DNA of 64,000 nucleotides from Schmidtea polychroa (GCA_044892525.1 CM097885.1:31312001-31376000), one strand, 5' to 3'; positions 48,453 to 63,500 are shown, counted from the stretch's first letter. Translations and numbers: made by a program. The notes: a model not told the origin generated them from the sequence alone.

Positions 48453-48833
48453 TGTTCCGACTCCTTGCGGAAGGACGGGGAGCAAGCTCAGCAGCAGGTG
48501 GAAGGACTCCAGGCCAGGATCTCGAAATTCCTAGGGCGATGCCGGGAGCTTGAAAGCACCTGGTTCAGCCCTACCGAAATGAAGAAACGATTGGCGCTCA
48601 TTCAACAGCTCCAATCCCAAGCAGCCCAAGACCAGACGGAAATCCACGCCCTGAAGATCCAAATGCGCGCTCTAGAGATCCAACTAAACCAGCGGGTCAT
48701 CGTCACGGTGCTGACTGAACGGATCCGACCCCTGCCAACTGAACTGGTTGAAATCTATCCACCAGCTCAGACTAGTAAACCCAAGCGCAAACGGATGGGA
48801 CGAGATACCCGGGAGAAGCTAAAGAAACACTGA
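48453..48833 (+). CDS. GC-rich orphan exon/ORF, coiled-coil-like with basic NLS-like end
   Basis: GC-rich open frame after a TTTTAG acceptor-like site; Q/E/L/R-rich helical segments; KPKRKR. Confidence 0.35.
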   Translation, partial: CSDSLRKDGEQAQQQVEGLQARISKFLGRCRELESTWFSPTEMKKRLALIQQLQSQAAQDQTEIHALKIQMRALEIQLNQRVIVTVLTERIRPLPTELVEIYPPAQTSKPKRKRMGRDTREKLKKH

Positions 48834-50467
48834 CTAGCCGAGCAGCAACGGCTGATGGACCAAGCATCGTCCCGAGTGTAAAGAGGCTTGTAAATACATG
48901 TACCAAAAAAATAATTTGATGAATTTGTGTAAATTCTGGTTTGTTTGATGTCTGATTGATGAGATGACGAAATTGTATTTGGGAAAGCAATCAAGACTTC
49001 TTTAATTCACTTCTTGCGAGCACTCACCCTCTTGATACAGTACCAACGTTGATCGCTCAACGAATATCAAGTGGAGAAAGTAATCGTTTGTATTATGGGT
49101 TACGCTGGAAACAGCACGAAAAGGTAAAATGTATGCTTACCTGTAACCCACCAGTGCAATTACTGTTGATACTTGATCCGGTTCTTATCATGGATGTAAT
49201 TACAAGATTGGGAAGAGTTTTTATCAACAGAAATGTAATAATTTTACAAAGTTCTATTGGGCACGCCAGTGTATTGCACTTATATAGATAAAAATGGACA
49301 GTGTGATGGGAATAGTCTTGAGGGTCACCTATGCAACGGAACTAACGTAGAATATACCATGTAGAAAAGCAATTTCGCCTCACCCTCGATAAAAAATTTT
49401 AAATGTGAATCTCAAACAGTTGGTTGTAAGAATACAACGGATCATATAAAAGTGTGATACACCTTTTAGCAGTAGAGAAAACCAACAAAAGAAACGTTCG
49501 ACCAGTCAGGGACTTCCAGAATTTAAGTTAATGGGTTGAATGCCATATCGAAGTTGTGATGTCTTCTCAGAAACCAATCATCAATGGCGAAGAATGTAAA
49601 AAGAACTAGTTCTTCTTGGTCTATGTAATAATTATGTTCAGATTCAGTTGAAGAAAGTTTTTGGGACTACCATGTAGTACGATATGTAGGAAAGACGTAG
49701 TGTCTGACCTGGTTAGGATTCTGTTTTAATTGCGCTCTTATACTTAACTCAAAGATTCAGCGCAAGATGCTTTTTTCTGAGGCTGATCTTCGTAAGAACA
49801 TAATAAATTCGTGCAAACATTACAAAATGTTTAATCTAACGTCGATAAAGTTGATAGAAGGGAGCGTTTGAAGTTTCTATCAACGTCATTCATGTGGATA
49901 ATGATCTTTTTCTATCACATATTGCGGGAGTAGTAGATACTGTGTAATTGAAAAGAATTACTCATGATGACTTGGATTCGGTTTTCGAAACTTGGTGTTT
50001 TATAAAAAATTCTTTTATAAGAAATTTAAATAGACAACGCGCTGAATTTTATCTCAAAAGAAAGCAAAACCTTTACGAATATATAGAACGTGAAGATAAA
50101 ATATCATTGAGCCTAGCGACCAAAAAGAAATGACAAAGGACAAAGAAACCACAAAAACATTAAAGGCCCATTTGTAAGTCAACCTGCGACTCTCGCAAAG
50201 CTGTTTTCTTTTATAATATTATGCGCATTCAGGTTCAGATAATGACATTATCTCATCAAAGGTGCACTTTAGTCAAGAATGGAGAAGCCTGTGATTTCTT
50301 TTGACCGATGTTTAACCCAAAAATCGAGATGACTATCATAATAGTCACTATTCTGTCGGCACCCATGTATTTGTCAAATTACCAAACACGAAGTGTGACA
50401 CCCAATAGCCAGTCGTCATGGTCACCGGTGTGTATTCTTGACCAATGTGGATGTTGATGTATTACAT

Positions 50468-50664
50468 CAGTGTTTCTCAAACTATGGGTCGCGAAAGAAT
50501 TTTTGGTGGGTCGCGATGACTAGAATAACTAGAGTTAAATAGAGTTATTCTCATTAAATAAACATTTATTTTAAAATTAATCTTTGTCATGTGGGTCGCA
50601 ATAAAATTTTTGGCATGAAATGTCAAAAATTTAGGTCGTGATCAAAAAAGTTTGAGAACCACTG
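50468..50664. mobile_element. hAT MITE
   Basis: TIR CAGTGTTTCTCAAACT/AGTTTGAGAACCACTG; TSD TATTACAT. Confidence 0.92.
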
Positions 50665-52292
50665 TATTACATGGACATTTTTATATTTAAAAAATATATT
50701 TAAAAAGTATGATGAGTCATGTGTCTTTGTTAAAATGTCTTTGTTATGTAATAGACCTTTGTTTAAATTTATGTCTTTGTTACGTAATGTGTCTTTGTTA
50801 CGCAATGTATCTTTGTTACGTTATTAAAAAAATTTAAAATTTTTTAAAAAACACCCCGGGGGTATGACGAAAGTAGTGTGAGTAGTTCCCGATTTGTTGG
50901 GATGGGGTAGCCCTACAAACGTGACCATTTGTGTGCGAGTGTGTGGTCAGTATGGGAACATAGTAACTAATGACCATGGCCAGTATGTTGGATAAACGTT
51001 TGATCAGCCCGTATGGTCAATTGGTAACCAGTGACAACTAAAGTGTGTGCCGATACGTTCTATGTTGAGATCACATGGTCACACGCGGGGTCAACTTTTA
51101 TATAATATTTAGTAACCCTAGTACCCTCTGCTACTTACAATGAGTAATTAATGAGTTGTCTTTACTAACTTATTTCGAGCTAATATATTTTACAATAATA
51201 ACAATACAATTTATATAACAAATAAATATTTCATTACACAAAAGTATTTTTTTCAGAAAACTCTATTTTCAGATATATTTTAAACAAAATACATTTAATG
51301 AAAATCTTTTCAATTATTTTTGGTAGGTATCATCTAGTTTAGTTAAATTGGGATAATATGTTGTACAATTCCATATGTATAGCACGATACTAGTAATAAA
51401 AAAACAATATCCATAACTATTCCAGTTTTGATCTAAAAATTGTAGGTTTAAAAAATATTCATTATTAGTGAAATTCAAATTTAACAGTAAACGTTAAAAT
51501 ATAAAAATATAATCAAAATACATTCAAAGAATGTAAAAAAAATATTTGCATAAAATATGTTACAAAATCATGTATTTATTATTTCACTGTAAAATACAGA
51601 TTGGTTATCTAAATATATAATTCTCTTTGTATGTATGTGAATGGGTGATTATAGAAAATAGCTTAATTAAAATCAGGAAATGGAAAATTTCATTATAACT
51701 TTTAATTTTCATCGACATCATGGTATTTTTATTTTAATGTTATCTGAAAATCGACTTTCCTCTATCGAATGATGCATAATTTGTCCAATTTGAACCATTA
51801 ATTCCGTCATTTCAGACGGGTTAATAATAATTATGCATACAATCCTGTTGAAAAATAATAACCTTAGTTTAAACACCGGCCATAAAGCGTTTGTAAAACG
51901 AAAAATAATAAATGTTTGCATTTTAGCCTTGTCCATTTGAAATCACATAGTTCACTAATTAAATTATCTTTACCATGACTATTAGATAAAATTTAAAATC
52001 AGTAAGTTAAATTTATTTAAATATAATTTTAGCATTTTAATTAATGAGATTTTAAAGAAATAAATGGTAAAATTGAATAAATTTTGTGTCATTTAATTGA
52101 GAAAAGGTTATAATTAATGGGATTCAGATAATTTACACCGATTAGAGCGAAATGGGTTTTAATATATGTATTTGTGTACAAAGAGTAATCATAATAGTAA
52201 CATACAATTAAATAACTTTTATTTCATATGGAAAAAATTCAATAATACAAGCATAAAAATGTGTATAATACCAGAAACAGTCAGAATTATGA

Positions 52293-52409
<117 letters not shown>

Positions 52410-52454
52410 TGTTCAATCAGTTAGATGAAATTTAATTCTAGCCTTTATCCAATA

Positions 52455-54070
52455 TTCATTTATTATTTACAATTTTAAATTCTCTCATTTTTCTGAAATT
52501 TTAAACTATTGAGGCGTGGTAATTATTAATATTGATGTAACTATTTGCCATAAATATAATTACTTCGATTTAAAATATATTAAAATAATTTAATATCGAT
52601 TTTAATATACAAATTTAACAAAAATAGTTATTTTGACTAACTGGTCAAACTTATAACATTTAAACTATATTAATTAAACTATATCATTTAGAATTATTTG
52701 CAAGAAATTTTAAAAATTTCGAATTTTAGTACATAAAGGCTCTACATTATTATGAAGAATATCCACATCAATATCAAAATTACTTAATAAATTGCTTCGA
52801 TAATTATTTCGTGTTTCAAACTGTGTACTTTTGGGTGTTGACTATCCTCGTATTTGTCGTATGCCTCATCTGAATACTCCAGTGACGTTGTCTCATCATT
52901 ACCTTTAATAGCTGCAATTGTTCTTCTTGGATTGTAGTTCTTCTGTTGATAGCTTTCGGTTCGATTTACATAATAATTGTCATTTATCATATTTGAATTA
53001 GCTCGCAAATTCTTTCTTTTCAAATTTGTATAGCAAACGTAAGTGAAATCCTTGACATTGAATAATTGAAGAGTTTCGCCCTCTTTTTATTTTCGACTGA
53101 TGTGATCAGTTTTCTTTCATGTCCAGCATTCCAGTTGTAAGCTACTGACGTTTCTCTGTTTGAAATTATTATTTCTGTTTACCGATTCCTTTTGAGCAAA
53201 GTTTCTGTAGCTCCTGTTGTTTCTAACACCCAGTGAAGCCTAGGAAACATTAATATGTTCCAAAATATTGTTTACCAATTTTAATATCTTGATCTTTTAC
53301 AAAATTAGTTAGAAGACGCTTTTCTATCTTTTCTTCTTCCCATTAATTCGCTATTGTTTTCGTTATCTTTTTTATTTTCTTTATAAACGTTTTGACTGAA
53401 TCTAATCCTTGTTCATAACTCAAAACCTATTTTAGATCTTATTGATGTTGTTTTCGAAAACGCATATCGAATTTCTCTTTCATATTCTTTCTTTCGGCTG
53501 TTTCATAATCTTCCATTGGCGATCTACACATTAATGTTTTAATGAAAATTACATACATCTTAGTTGTTGTTTTTGTTACGCAGAAAAACCTTTGGCAATT
53601 CTTGAATATTTTTCTATGTGATTACATTTGTGTAATTTTCGGGCAATTATCAGTTTATCAATAAATCCGTTGTCATGGGGGTTATATTCGATGCGTTTAA
53701 TATGAAGTCTACACATATTTATTATTTGCGATTTTAAATTCTCTCGTTTTCTGTAAATTTAAACAGTTGAGGTGTATTATTTATGTTACTATTTACCATA
53801 AATATTATTACTTTTATATACTTTAATATAATTATAAAGTGATGATTACTTAGTAGCAGCATTAATTAAATTGTAAAACAATTAAATGATAATTAAAGCC
53901 TTTTGCTGCGAATAATATATTTGTATTAATTATATTATTCGCTGCAAAAGGCTTAAATTATCATTTAATTGTTTTAATACTTCAATATAATTTTATATAT
54001 TTATGATATAATTTAATATAGATTTTAATATACAAATTCAACACATGTAGTTATTTAAAACTATATAACT
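52455..54070 (-). mobile_element. Highly degraded LTR-retrotransposon remnant (two diverged direct repeats flanking decayed coding-like DNA)
   Basis: ~52455-52640 is repeated at ~53715-54060 (TTTTAAATTCTCTC..TTGAGG..CCATAAATAT..GATTTTAATATACAAATT); the interior is only weakly gag-like. Confidence 0.4.
53874..53976. repeat. ~100-bp foldback palindrome (MITE-like)
   Basis: AAAACAATTAAATGATAATT.AAGCCTTTTGC.GCGAATAATATA ... TATATTATTCGC.GCAAAAGGCTT.AATTATCATTTAATTGTTTT. Confidence 0.8.
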
Positions 54071-55005
54071 TTTTTATATGAGTTTTGGACCTTCTTGCAA
54101 AATCCAAATTCATCAAAATTAAAAATGAATGAATACTTCTGAGTTAATTGCAAATTCGTATATATTTTTGCATTCATAATGAATCCCTCGTAAGTGCGAC
54201 GTTCAACACATTTACTTAAAAGCAGTTTCAATTTGGAAATAGTGTATGATATGATATATTTATTTTATTCTTTTATAAATTACCTTTAAATATTATGTTA
54301 AATTACGCTCTTAAATATTTTTACGATATTAACATTATTTAGTAAAAGTCCCATTCAGCATCTAATAGGGAAAGGATACCTTTAAAAATGGTTTCCCGAG
54401 TCAAAAAAACATTGTTAGCCCTTCTCAGTTTATGCTTTTTTAAATCAAATGACAAGAAAACCGTATTTCTTGAATCAATGCTACTAATTTTTAAAATTAT
54501 TTAATAGAAAAACAAACCATTTCCTTGGTGCTTGCAAGACCACGATTAAAAATTGCAATGTTTGGTGTTGTTGCTGCTGGTAAGCAAAATGCAAAACTTG
54601 AACAAAAGGTTAACGGGAAAAAATAGTTAAATGAATTTAAACCCTTGGAAGACTGAAAGAAATTAAGCAATAATAAAAATTGTGAAATGTTATTACAATT
54701 TTAAGTTTGATGAAGATTGAGACTAATATTGGTAAAATAGTAGTTGATGAAAGAAATTCAGTTGTTACACATCCCAGCGTTGCCGAAATTAAAATTATAG
54801 CGAAAGGTTCGGTATTATTAAGGTGACTAGTCAGATAATTCGATACCGAGACTGTAAAGTAAGATCTCTGAAATATTGAAAAATTAAATGTAATTTATAT
54901 CATCAAATAAATGTATTAATATTAAAAAATAATAAAATTTTATTAAATAAATAACACTTGTATAACTTTTTTGCATTTATCTATAATCATTACTTTGCTG
55001 GCGGA

Positions 55006-55128
55006 TAGGGTTGTCACATGTTGAGAGGCTCAAAGTAGGACAAATCGATAACTTACTACAGTAATACATAAGACAAATATCCAAATTGTAGGACTGTTCT
55101 ACCGAAAGTAGGACGTGTGGCAACTCTA
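55006..55128. mobile_element. Small hAT MITE
   Basis: TAGGGTTGTCACA...TGTGGCAACTCTA; 8-bp TSD CTGGCGGA. Confidence 0.85.
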
Positions 55129-57399
55129 CTGGCGGAGGCAGGCTAAGCTTAATAAAACGAATTTTTTGGGAAATGTATTGTTTCCAACTTCATGAATGAA
55201 AGGATGCTCTCAGATAGAAGCGACCAGATCTTTTGGTATCAGACTATCATATTTTTCTTTGTAAAATGATTTGAATGTTATAGCTTTTACTGTTGATAAA
55301 AATGTAAAATCATACTTGGAAAGGTTTCTTGCCAATATAGATAAAAAATTATAAGAGCGAAGAATCATGCAGTTGTCTGAAAGAAAGTAAATGGCCATCG
55401 AAAAAAAAGACAATATATTATTTAATAAAGTTTTTGCTTTATATGAATTACTAACCTTTTTTTACACGGGAAAAACGTGATGGCTTATAGACTACCCTAA
55501 TATTATTTGCAACTATTTCTTTTTAAAATTTTACTAAATTTTTATAATTAAACATTTTGTTTAAAAGAAATATTAGAATTTTACTTTTAACATTAAATGT
55601 GTGAAGTAAAATTTACGAGGTTAATAAGTTCAAGTAAAGGGAATTCTTTGGTAGAAACCTAGTATTCATTTAGTTTTTTGAAATAAAGATATAAACTCAT
55701 CCCTCAGTTAACACGGAAGAAGGGTCTTATTCGCCTGAACAGATATTTAATGCTGATGAAACGGGTCTCATTTTGAAAAAAGAATCTATTCTCTATTACC
55801 CATATACTTATTAGTCTCGATTTACTCGGTTTCGTTTAACACGGTGAGCTAGCATTACTTCCAAACTAACGAAAACAAAACTAAAACTAATACTCAATTA
55901 TTAATTGATCGAAATCGCGTCTTTAAATTTTAATATCGACACCTTTGGGTTCTGGAATTAATATCTTTTACAGATTCATTCAACATAGCTCCTCTAGGTA
56001 AGGGGTTATATGATTTTATTCATTTATGAAATGCATTAATTATAATTACAATAAATATTTTATACTTATTAAAAAATTGACAATGAATCAGTAAAGATAT
56101 CGATGTTTTGTAATATTGACGAATTTTCGGCACAGCCTTTTTGAAGTGATTTTGATGAAAAAATTTTATCGTGCCTAAAATTATATAACGCATGTATTTT
56201 AATTTGAGACTCATAAATTATTGCTTGTGTCTTTAAAATTTCGTTTTGATAAAAAAGATATTTCTTTTGTGACTTACACTTGTCATTGATTTTTAAAAAA
56301 AACTGGTTAGATCATTATTGTCATATTAAAAATTAAAACAGAAATGCTAGAAAAGACAAGCGAAATTTAAAATCTTATATTTTTTTATCACCTTTGACCT
56401 GTTTTCCTTTTTTGATGTTATTTCATTTAGTTTTATTCTGACAAAAAAATCAAAACTTTAACTCTACACCAAACAAATTTCAGGCGTAAAATTTACCACG
56501 TTTTATTATAATTTTTATTATTTTTACATTTGATAAAGGCAAAGTTAAAATAAATGAAATATCATTTCCATTAATCAAATATTTGTTTTCATTTATTCTA
56601 ACAATTAATAAGAACAATTATACCTACATCACAAATTTCTGTAATAGCAAGCCCCGTACCTAATAAAAAGATGATAGCCCAAGGCAAATTTCGATTAGTA
56701 TAATCCCATGTTAGTAACCTATCATTGCCCGGATCATCTTTACGTAGTAAAATAATTTTTTATTCAAAGAATTATTACTTGAAGGGTCATGATTCCAGAA
56801 ATCCCATCTAGTAGGCCATATATAAAGCAATATAACGACTAACACCATTGGGGTAGCATCGGAAACATACCTAAATTATGAAAATATAGTTTAGAGTTTA
56901 TGATTTTTGATAAAAACAGAATGATTGAAAAAGTATAATTTAGTTAAAAGTACTAATTTATTAAATGACAAATATGAAATGTTATTTTATTAACTTAAAA
57001 TTATATTTTTAAAAAAATTATTCAATTAATTACAAGCGACTTGAAAAATAGGTGACCTGTAGGCAGTCGTAATTATGATACTACACCAAACACCATTGAG
57101 ATACATTTCCTATAGTGGTGGTTGGCGTGTAAAGCAATTGCTTACTCACCAATTTATTTACCAATTAATGTTTAATTTTAAGTAAATTTTAAGGCTTGAA
57201 TTTTGATCCATATAGATATGAGATCATTATTCAAGTTCTTAAATTTTACTTCTAGTTAACAGTATAATTATAAATTATTTTTAATTAATTTTCAGGGTTT
57301 TTTTAGGAATTTTATGAAATTTATTTTTAAGTATTTTGGAATTATTTCGAAAAAATATGAGTCAGATATATTTTAATTATAATTAAATAAATCAATCAT

Positions 57400-57936
57400 A
57401 AGAGAGGGTAATGAAATTCGGCGCCCCAAGGATAATTAATTGTGACAAATGCAAGCCATGTGAATAAAAATTGTAATGAAGATTGCAGAAGACCACAATA
57501 TTGAAACAAAATATTCAAGGCATAATATCATTCAGCGAATGGACAAATTGAGAGAACGTTCCGAACTATTAGAGAAGCAACATAGAAAACGCTTCAAGAT
57601 AAATGACATAAATAATTGGATGAACTTCTTCCTGAGGTCCAATTTATGATGATTTCAATGTTCCGAAAAACCATTAAGAAAACTCCAGCTGAAATGGTGT
57701 TTGAAAAAAAGATTTATAGTGAATGGTTTTCTAAAACATCGATAGGTGAAGGAATCAATCAAATAAAAAATCGCGAATTTCAAATTGGAGATTATTTTTT
57801 GGTAAAAATGGATATTCGCAATAAAAATCAAAATAGATATATGGGGCCAAAGGAGATATTAAGAAGTTGCAAGAGCGGAGTTATGAAATAAAAATAGAAA
57901 CATTTAGTAGCTGAAAGCTTTCAAACAAGGGAGGCG
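57400..57936 (+). pseudogene. Ty3/gypsy integrase 3' remnant with polypurine tract
   Basis: FGAPRIINCD, ANGQIERTFRTIRE, KTPAEMVF, FQIGD.FLVK..RYMGP; purine run AAGGGAGGCG followed by TG at 57937. Confidence 0.75.
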
Positions 57937-58889
57937 TGATGTGTTCTAAAATATGAATTAAATTATTATTATATGTTGAAATCTTTACTTATACATTAAT
58001 TATTTTTATAAAGAAACTCCTCTAACAAATTATGATTTGATTTATATTATTGTTATTAAATAATAAAGCGTTGTATTCGAAATCTTGATTCTAAATGGAA
58101 TCCATTGATACCAGAAGTTCTGTATTTAGCAATTATGAAATGGAAAAAAAATTTAAAAAAAAAGAAATAGAAAAATTTAGGAAATTTTATGAAATTTAGT
58201 TGTCAATTTTAAAAGATATTATTAAAAGAAATATTGAATAATTAAAATATTAATAAAAGATATAAAACTATTTGTCAAAATATAAATAATTACATTTGAT
58301 TACAGTCCGTACTAGTAGCATTGATTTTAAATCCACAGCCCCATCCTATACTACCAACCTTTCTTAAAATCCACATTACAATTACAAATCCCGTGAGACC
58401 AATACAAGAAATTTCTGCAAATCTAATTATAAAAAAAAATAGAAATGAAAATTCATGTAAGTTATAAAATATCTTATAAAAATGTTTCATTATTATATTT
58501 AAACTCGAAATTTGATCTATTTTTATATATCTGTTGTTCTAATTTGGGTTCAAATTGACAGTTATATTATATAAATTATAAAATAGTTGTAGCAATGTCA
58601 TTTCAAACATCAATTAATAATTTTATGCTTTCAAAAATAATTCATTATAAAATTATCAGATTAATGAAGGTTTTGAAATTGAAATAATTAAAGAATTAGA
58701 CTTGACAAATATTGATTACTTTGATTCAGTTTATGAATTTTATTCTCCTAGTAAATATTTGGAATCAACATTAACGGAATTCACGAAGAAACGAAATATC
58801 AAGTTCTATGAACAAATAATGAATACAATAATAGTATTATATGGTCAATCCTGAATGAATGAATTGGATACAGTGAATTGAATGGAATA

Positions 58890-59924
58890 CACCCATTTGC
58901 ACTGAATAAACGCATCTATAATATGGGTTGATATGTACAACCAATTATAGAAGCGTCATTTTTTATGATAAAATTTTTTGGAATGGATGTGGTTAATTTA
59001 ACTACATGCATTCAACTACTTATTTAGCTATTTGTATTTAGCCATTTTAGAAATGGCTTTCAAGTAATTTATTTTTATTTAAAGTAAACTTTAAGGCTTG
59101 AATATTGATCCATATAGATATGAGATCATTATTCAAGCTCTTAAATAATACTTTTTATCAACATTTTTTTAATTATAAATTATTTTTAATTAATTTTTCA
59201 GGAGTTTTAGATGTTATTATTATTATTATTATTATTTGGAATTATTTCAATATAATGTGAGTTTTATTATTATTTTATTAAGTAATTAAGTAACAAATAC
59301 AATTTATTAATTTATTAATACAGTTTATTATTATATTTTTTATATTTATAAATTATATTTCTGATTGATTCTTTGCGAATTCCTAATAATCGCCCGAAAT
59401 TATAAAAATCTATAGAAATATTAATTTTTAAATTTAGGTTAATCGAATTTACGATTTTCTAGTTTTTCTAGTTGAGATTTCAGGGCAATGTGAAATACTA
59501 AAAACTATTAAATTTATTAAAAATTTAAGATAAATCTTACGAAATAATGTTTTCATTATCTATAGAACTCAAAGTTGAGTTTTCGGAATTTTCGTTAAAA
59601 ATATTTTCATTCATTTTTTTCTAAAAAATTCTAAAAATGTCTGTAAATAATTTATTATAGTACGGTTATTCATTACAACGATTCTACATATCGAAAATTT
59701 GCATGCATCTTTTACTATGTATTGTGTTTTTGTGTCAGTTTATTTTTTCTACCACTTTCTCACTTTCTATATTAAATGCGTTCATTCATTGCAACGCTAA
59801 AAATCAACACACAGGTAAGTTTGTATGTTTATATAATATATTACTATGTTTTGTGTTTTTGTGTGTCAGTTTACATTATAGGATTTTTACATTATAGGAT
59901 GCGTTTATTCAGTGCAAACAGCTG
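58890..59924. mobile_element. Non-autonomous Tc1/mariner-like element (family of 31699-32368)
   Basis: TA|CACCCATTTGCACTGAATAAACGCATCTATAA ... GATGCGTTTATTCAGTGCAAACAGCTG|TA; shared internal GATATGAGATCATTATTCAAG block; minus-strand HTH remnant FGRLLGIRKESIRNII. Confidence 0.78.
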
Positions 59925-60545
59925 TATTGAAGTTGTCATTTTGGATGTTGAAATTATATCAAGTAACTAAAATAATTGTGTTTTGTTTATTATGTATGAA
60001 AAACAAAATAATTCAAAAGGTGCACTCTTTCCCTTGTTCTCTAATATCATTTCTACATGGGTCGGGCTTCCCAACCAAATAAATTATTCATTTATCTTTA
60101 ATTAATTTTTATATATTGAATATCTTTTTCTGAGGACTCCACATTGGTGTATATGTGTTTCTCTCAACTTTCGCTATTCGTACATACCAGTTTCCCTCGG
60201 AATATGTCATCTTGATATTTTTCAAATTTTTAATTAATTTTGGATTTTTATAGGTTTTATGATTTTATTGATTTGTACATTTGATTCCCCCTTTTTTTTG
60301 CAAATTTATTTGCAAATTCCAACTTATTTTGAGCTTTATTTATTCGAACCCCAGCCGTATGATGAAATGTATTTGTGTTTTGGATTTATATGCATCCCAT
60401 AAATCGTCAACACAACTAAACTGCGTATTAGGCAAATAAAAAAAATAGTAAAAGAAATTAATTGTAAATAAAAAATACTTAATGTTATTTACCCTTAAGT
60501 GGTCGCACTTTTTCATCATAAATTGATGTGGCAATATCACGTAGA

Positions 60546-63500
60546 TGTAACGTGTCACGAATTATATTATTCATCTTGAAATATTACTTTAATTACTTTA
60601 ATACACGTAGGTCAAATGTAAAATGTTTGGATGAAATCGGCAGTGTAATGAAACTTTAACAATGAATTAAACTTGAAATGTGTCATTTGACGCATGACGA
60701 TTACTTAAAACGTTAGCTGCAACAATGTTTAATAAAAAATTGTCCTCCTGGGCCAAGTCGGTTGTTCGGTTAATATTACTTCTATTATTATAGTGACGAT
60801 ATTTAGATTGTTATATTGTTTAAATATTCGGATTTTATATTAAATATATATTTGAAAATAGCGTGTTAGTTTTAATGATTATTGATGTGATTATTTAATG
60901 TTACTGACGACCACGCCGAAATCGTACCTTTGGCGAGATCACAGCAAAAGCTGAAAATTGTGGAATCTTTGCCAAAGAATATTCAAGATTTAATTTATCC
61001 AGTGATAAAGAAGTTCTTTGGAGGAAAAGAACAAAAGGCAAAGTACTGGCTTGTATATATTGAAGAATTTATGACGATAAATTCGCTCAATTTAGAAGCA
61101 GCCTTCGATTTGTTATTACATGGAGACGCAAAAGAATTATGGATGGCTTTTAAGGAAACACAAAAGACTCCGGTCTCAGATCAGGAGGTAAAAAGTTGGT
61201 TTATTTTAAATGTAAAATTCAAATGTTTTTTGCAAAATATCGAAGACATAAGTCTGATAAAGCAGAGAACGGACGAAAGGTTTGAAAGTTTTGTATAAAG
61301 AGTGAGGAAATTAGTGTGCGAAGTTCTTTCCGCAAATCAAACAGAAGACATGATTGTCAAGGATATTGTAACAAAACGTATGTATTCAGAAAAAATTAAG
61401 GATGATATTGCAATGAACCCAGAGGTGTCTCTTATAGAAATAAAGAAATTGAATGTAAATTTTGAAAATATTTTACATACAGAAGACACCAGAGAGGTGT
61501 TTGTATTGGAAGATGATACGAAACAATCGTCGTATGCATCCGTAACAAGGAATAAAATCCCATTAAGGCAGAATGTTCATCAGTTCCAAAGACTAACCGG
61601 TATATCAGTAAAAAAAGAAGTTACGACAAGTATGACAATAGACAACATGGTACTGAAAGAAGGCGAACCTCAGAAAGCTTATTGGTTAATGAGAGACCCA
61701 ATAGGACTATGATTATTTTGAAACCGGATTACCGGAATCAGGATTGCCACTTTTACAACCCGGTCAATGTTACTGTTGTGTTGAATCAGGCCATATTCGG
61801 AACAATAGTCATTTAAACAATTGCTGTTTAATATGCAGTAAAAATATTCATTTTTTTAATAACTGCCTCTATTAAGGAGTAATAATACAAGATGAATTCA
61901 CTGTATTCAAGAAGAAAATAATTTAGGAAATCTGACTTATTCGTATGAAGACCTTGAGAAAGATGTCACATCAGAATCTGAAGTAAATGAAATAGGATCG
62001 ATTACAGGAGGTCATAGGATAAATGGCAAAGACTGTCCTTTAAACGAGATACGCTCCATGGCAAACATTTCGTCTGTGGAGTCGTTGAATTAAATGTGCA
62101 AAACACAGAAAACCGAAATGATATGATGTTCAAGAAGACGGATGGAAGGTGGTGGAGTGTTGTGGAATAGTGATTGAGATGTTGTGGGATACAGGTGCAT
62201 CGGTAACTGTAATGTCAGAGGCCATATGGAGGAATTGTGGCAGTCCAGTTTTGAAACCGGTTGATATGGCGATCAGAGGGACGTTTGGAAATAAGCCGAT
62301 ATTATGCTAAGGTGACTTTACAACTTCGATTGTTTGGAATGATTTGTCTCAGAAAGTGAATGTAATTGTGGTTAGGTATATAAATCCAAGTTTTGAGGGT
62401 GGAATGAATTTGATTTTATCTTTTAAAATAAAACTTGTGCCAGATACGTCAATTGCATTAATAGATTCAGATACGGTTGGTGTTAGCAACAGTGATACCG
62501 AACGATGTCAAAAAGCGCTGGATGGTTTTGGACCAAATTCAGACCCAAAGCTGGTCGAGTTGGTAACCATGTATAGTACGATCTTTATGGCATGAGAATT
62601 TGATCTAGGTTGTGCTAGTTTGGTTACACATGCTATAAAAACGTCTGGAAATCCAATTATTCAAAATCATAGGCTCATGGCAATGCAGATGGAATCATAG
62701 ATGGATGATATGATTATGAAATTATTGAAAATTGGCAATATCAGGAAATGTCAAAGCCCATGGAACTCATTTACGGTCGTGGTATGTAAGAAAGAAAGGA
62801 TCTATCAGGATGTGTCAAGATTTTAGGAAGGTTAATGAAGTTACTGAAATATTCACTTTTCCAATTCGATTATTTTTCCGGATCTTCAGTTTATTCGTCC
62901 CTAGACTTGGGGCAGGCATATTTTCAGGTACATGTGGATGAAGACTCTCAGTTAAAAACAGCCGTTTTCTACAAAGAAAGGAGAGTTTTGCTACAATCGA
63001 ATGCTATTTGGGTTATCCACAGCTCCAGCATCTTTCCAAAGACTTATGCACATATTATTTGATGATATTTTGTAAAACGGTGTTGCAGCATATTTAGTTG
63101 ATGTTCTGATATATGGAAAATCTATCGAAGACCACAATAGAAATTTGGAGGAATTATTCAAGCTAAGTAAATCAGCAGGATTAAGGATCAATCCTAAGAA
63201 GTGATGTTTTTATAAGAATGAATTGATATTCTTGCACCATAAAATTTCAGCAGAGGGAATATCCACGAATAACAATATGATAAAGAGAACGATTGAGGTT
63301 GAAATACCGAAATACAACAAACAACTACGTTCAATTTTGGGATTAGCAAATTATTAGAGCAAATTTGTTCCAAATTTTGCTGAAATAGCCTAACCGTTGT
63401 ACGAAGCTACAAAGGAACATGAAAAAGATATTAAATGGAATGACAAGTGTGAAGAAAGTTTCCGAAATCTTAAACAGGCATTTAAAGTCATAGAATATGG

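Noticed and set aside
47090..50460. Endogenous parvovirus/densovirus NS1 or capsid
   Set aside because: INILMLE on the minus strand hinted at an SF3 Walker A lead-in, but no GK[ST], Walker B or HUH motif could be assembled in frame.
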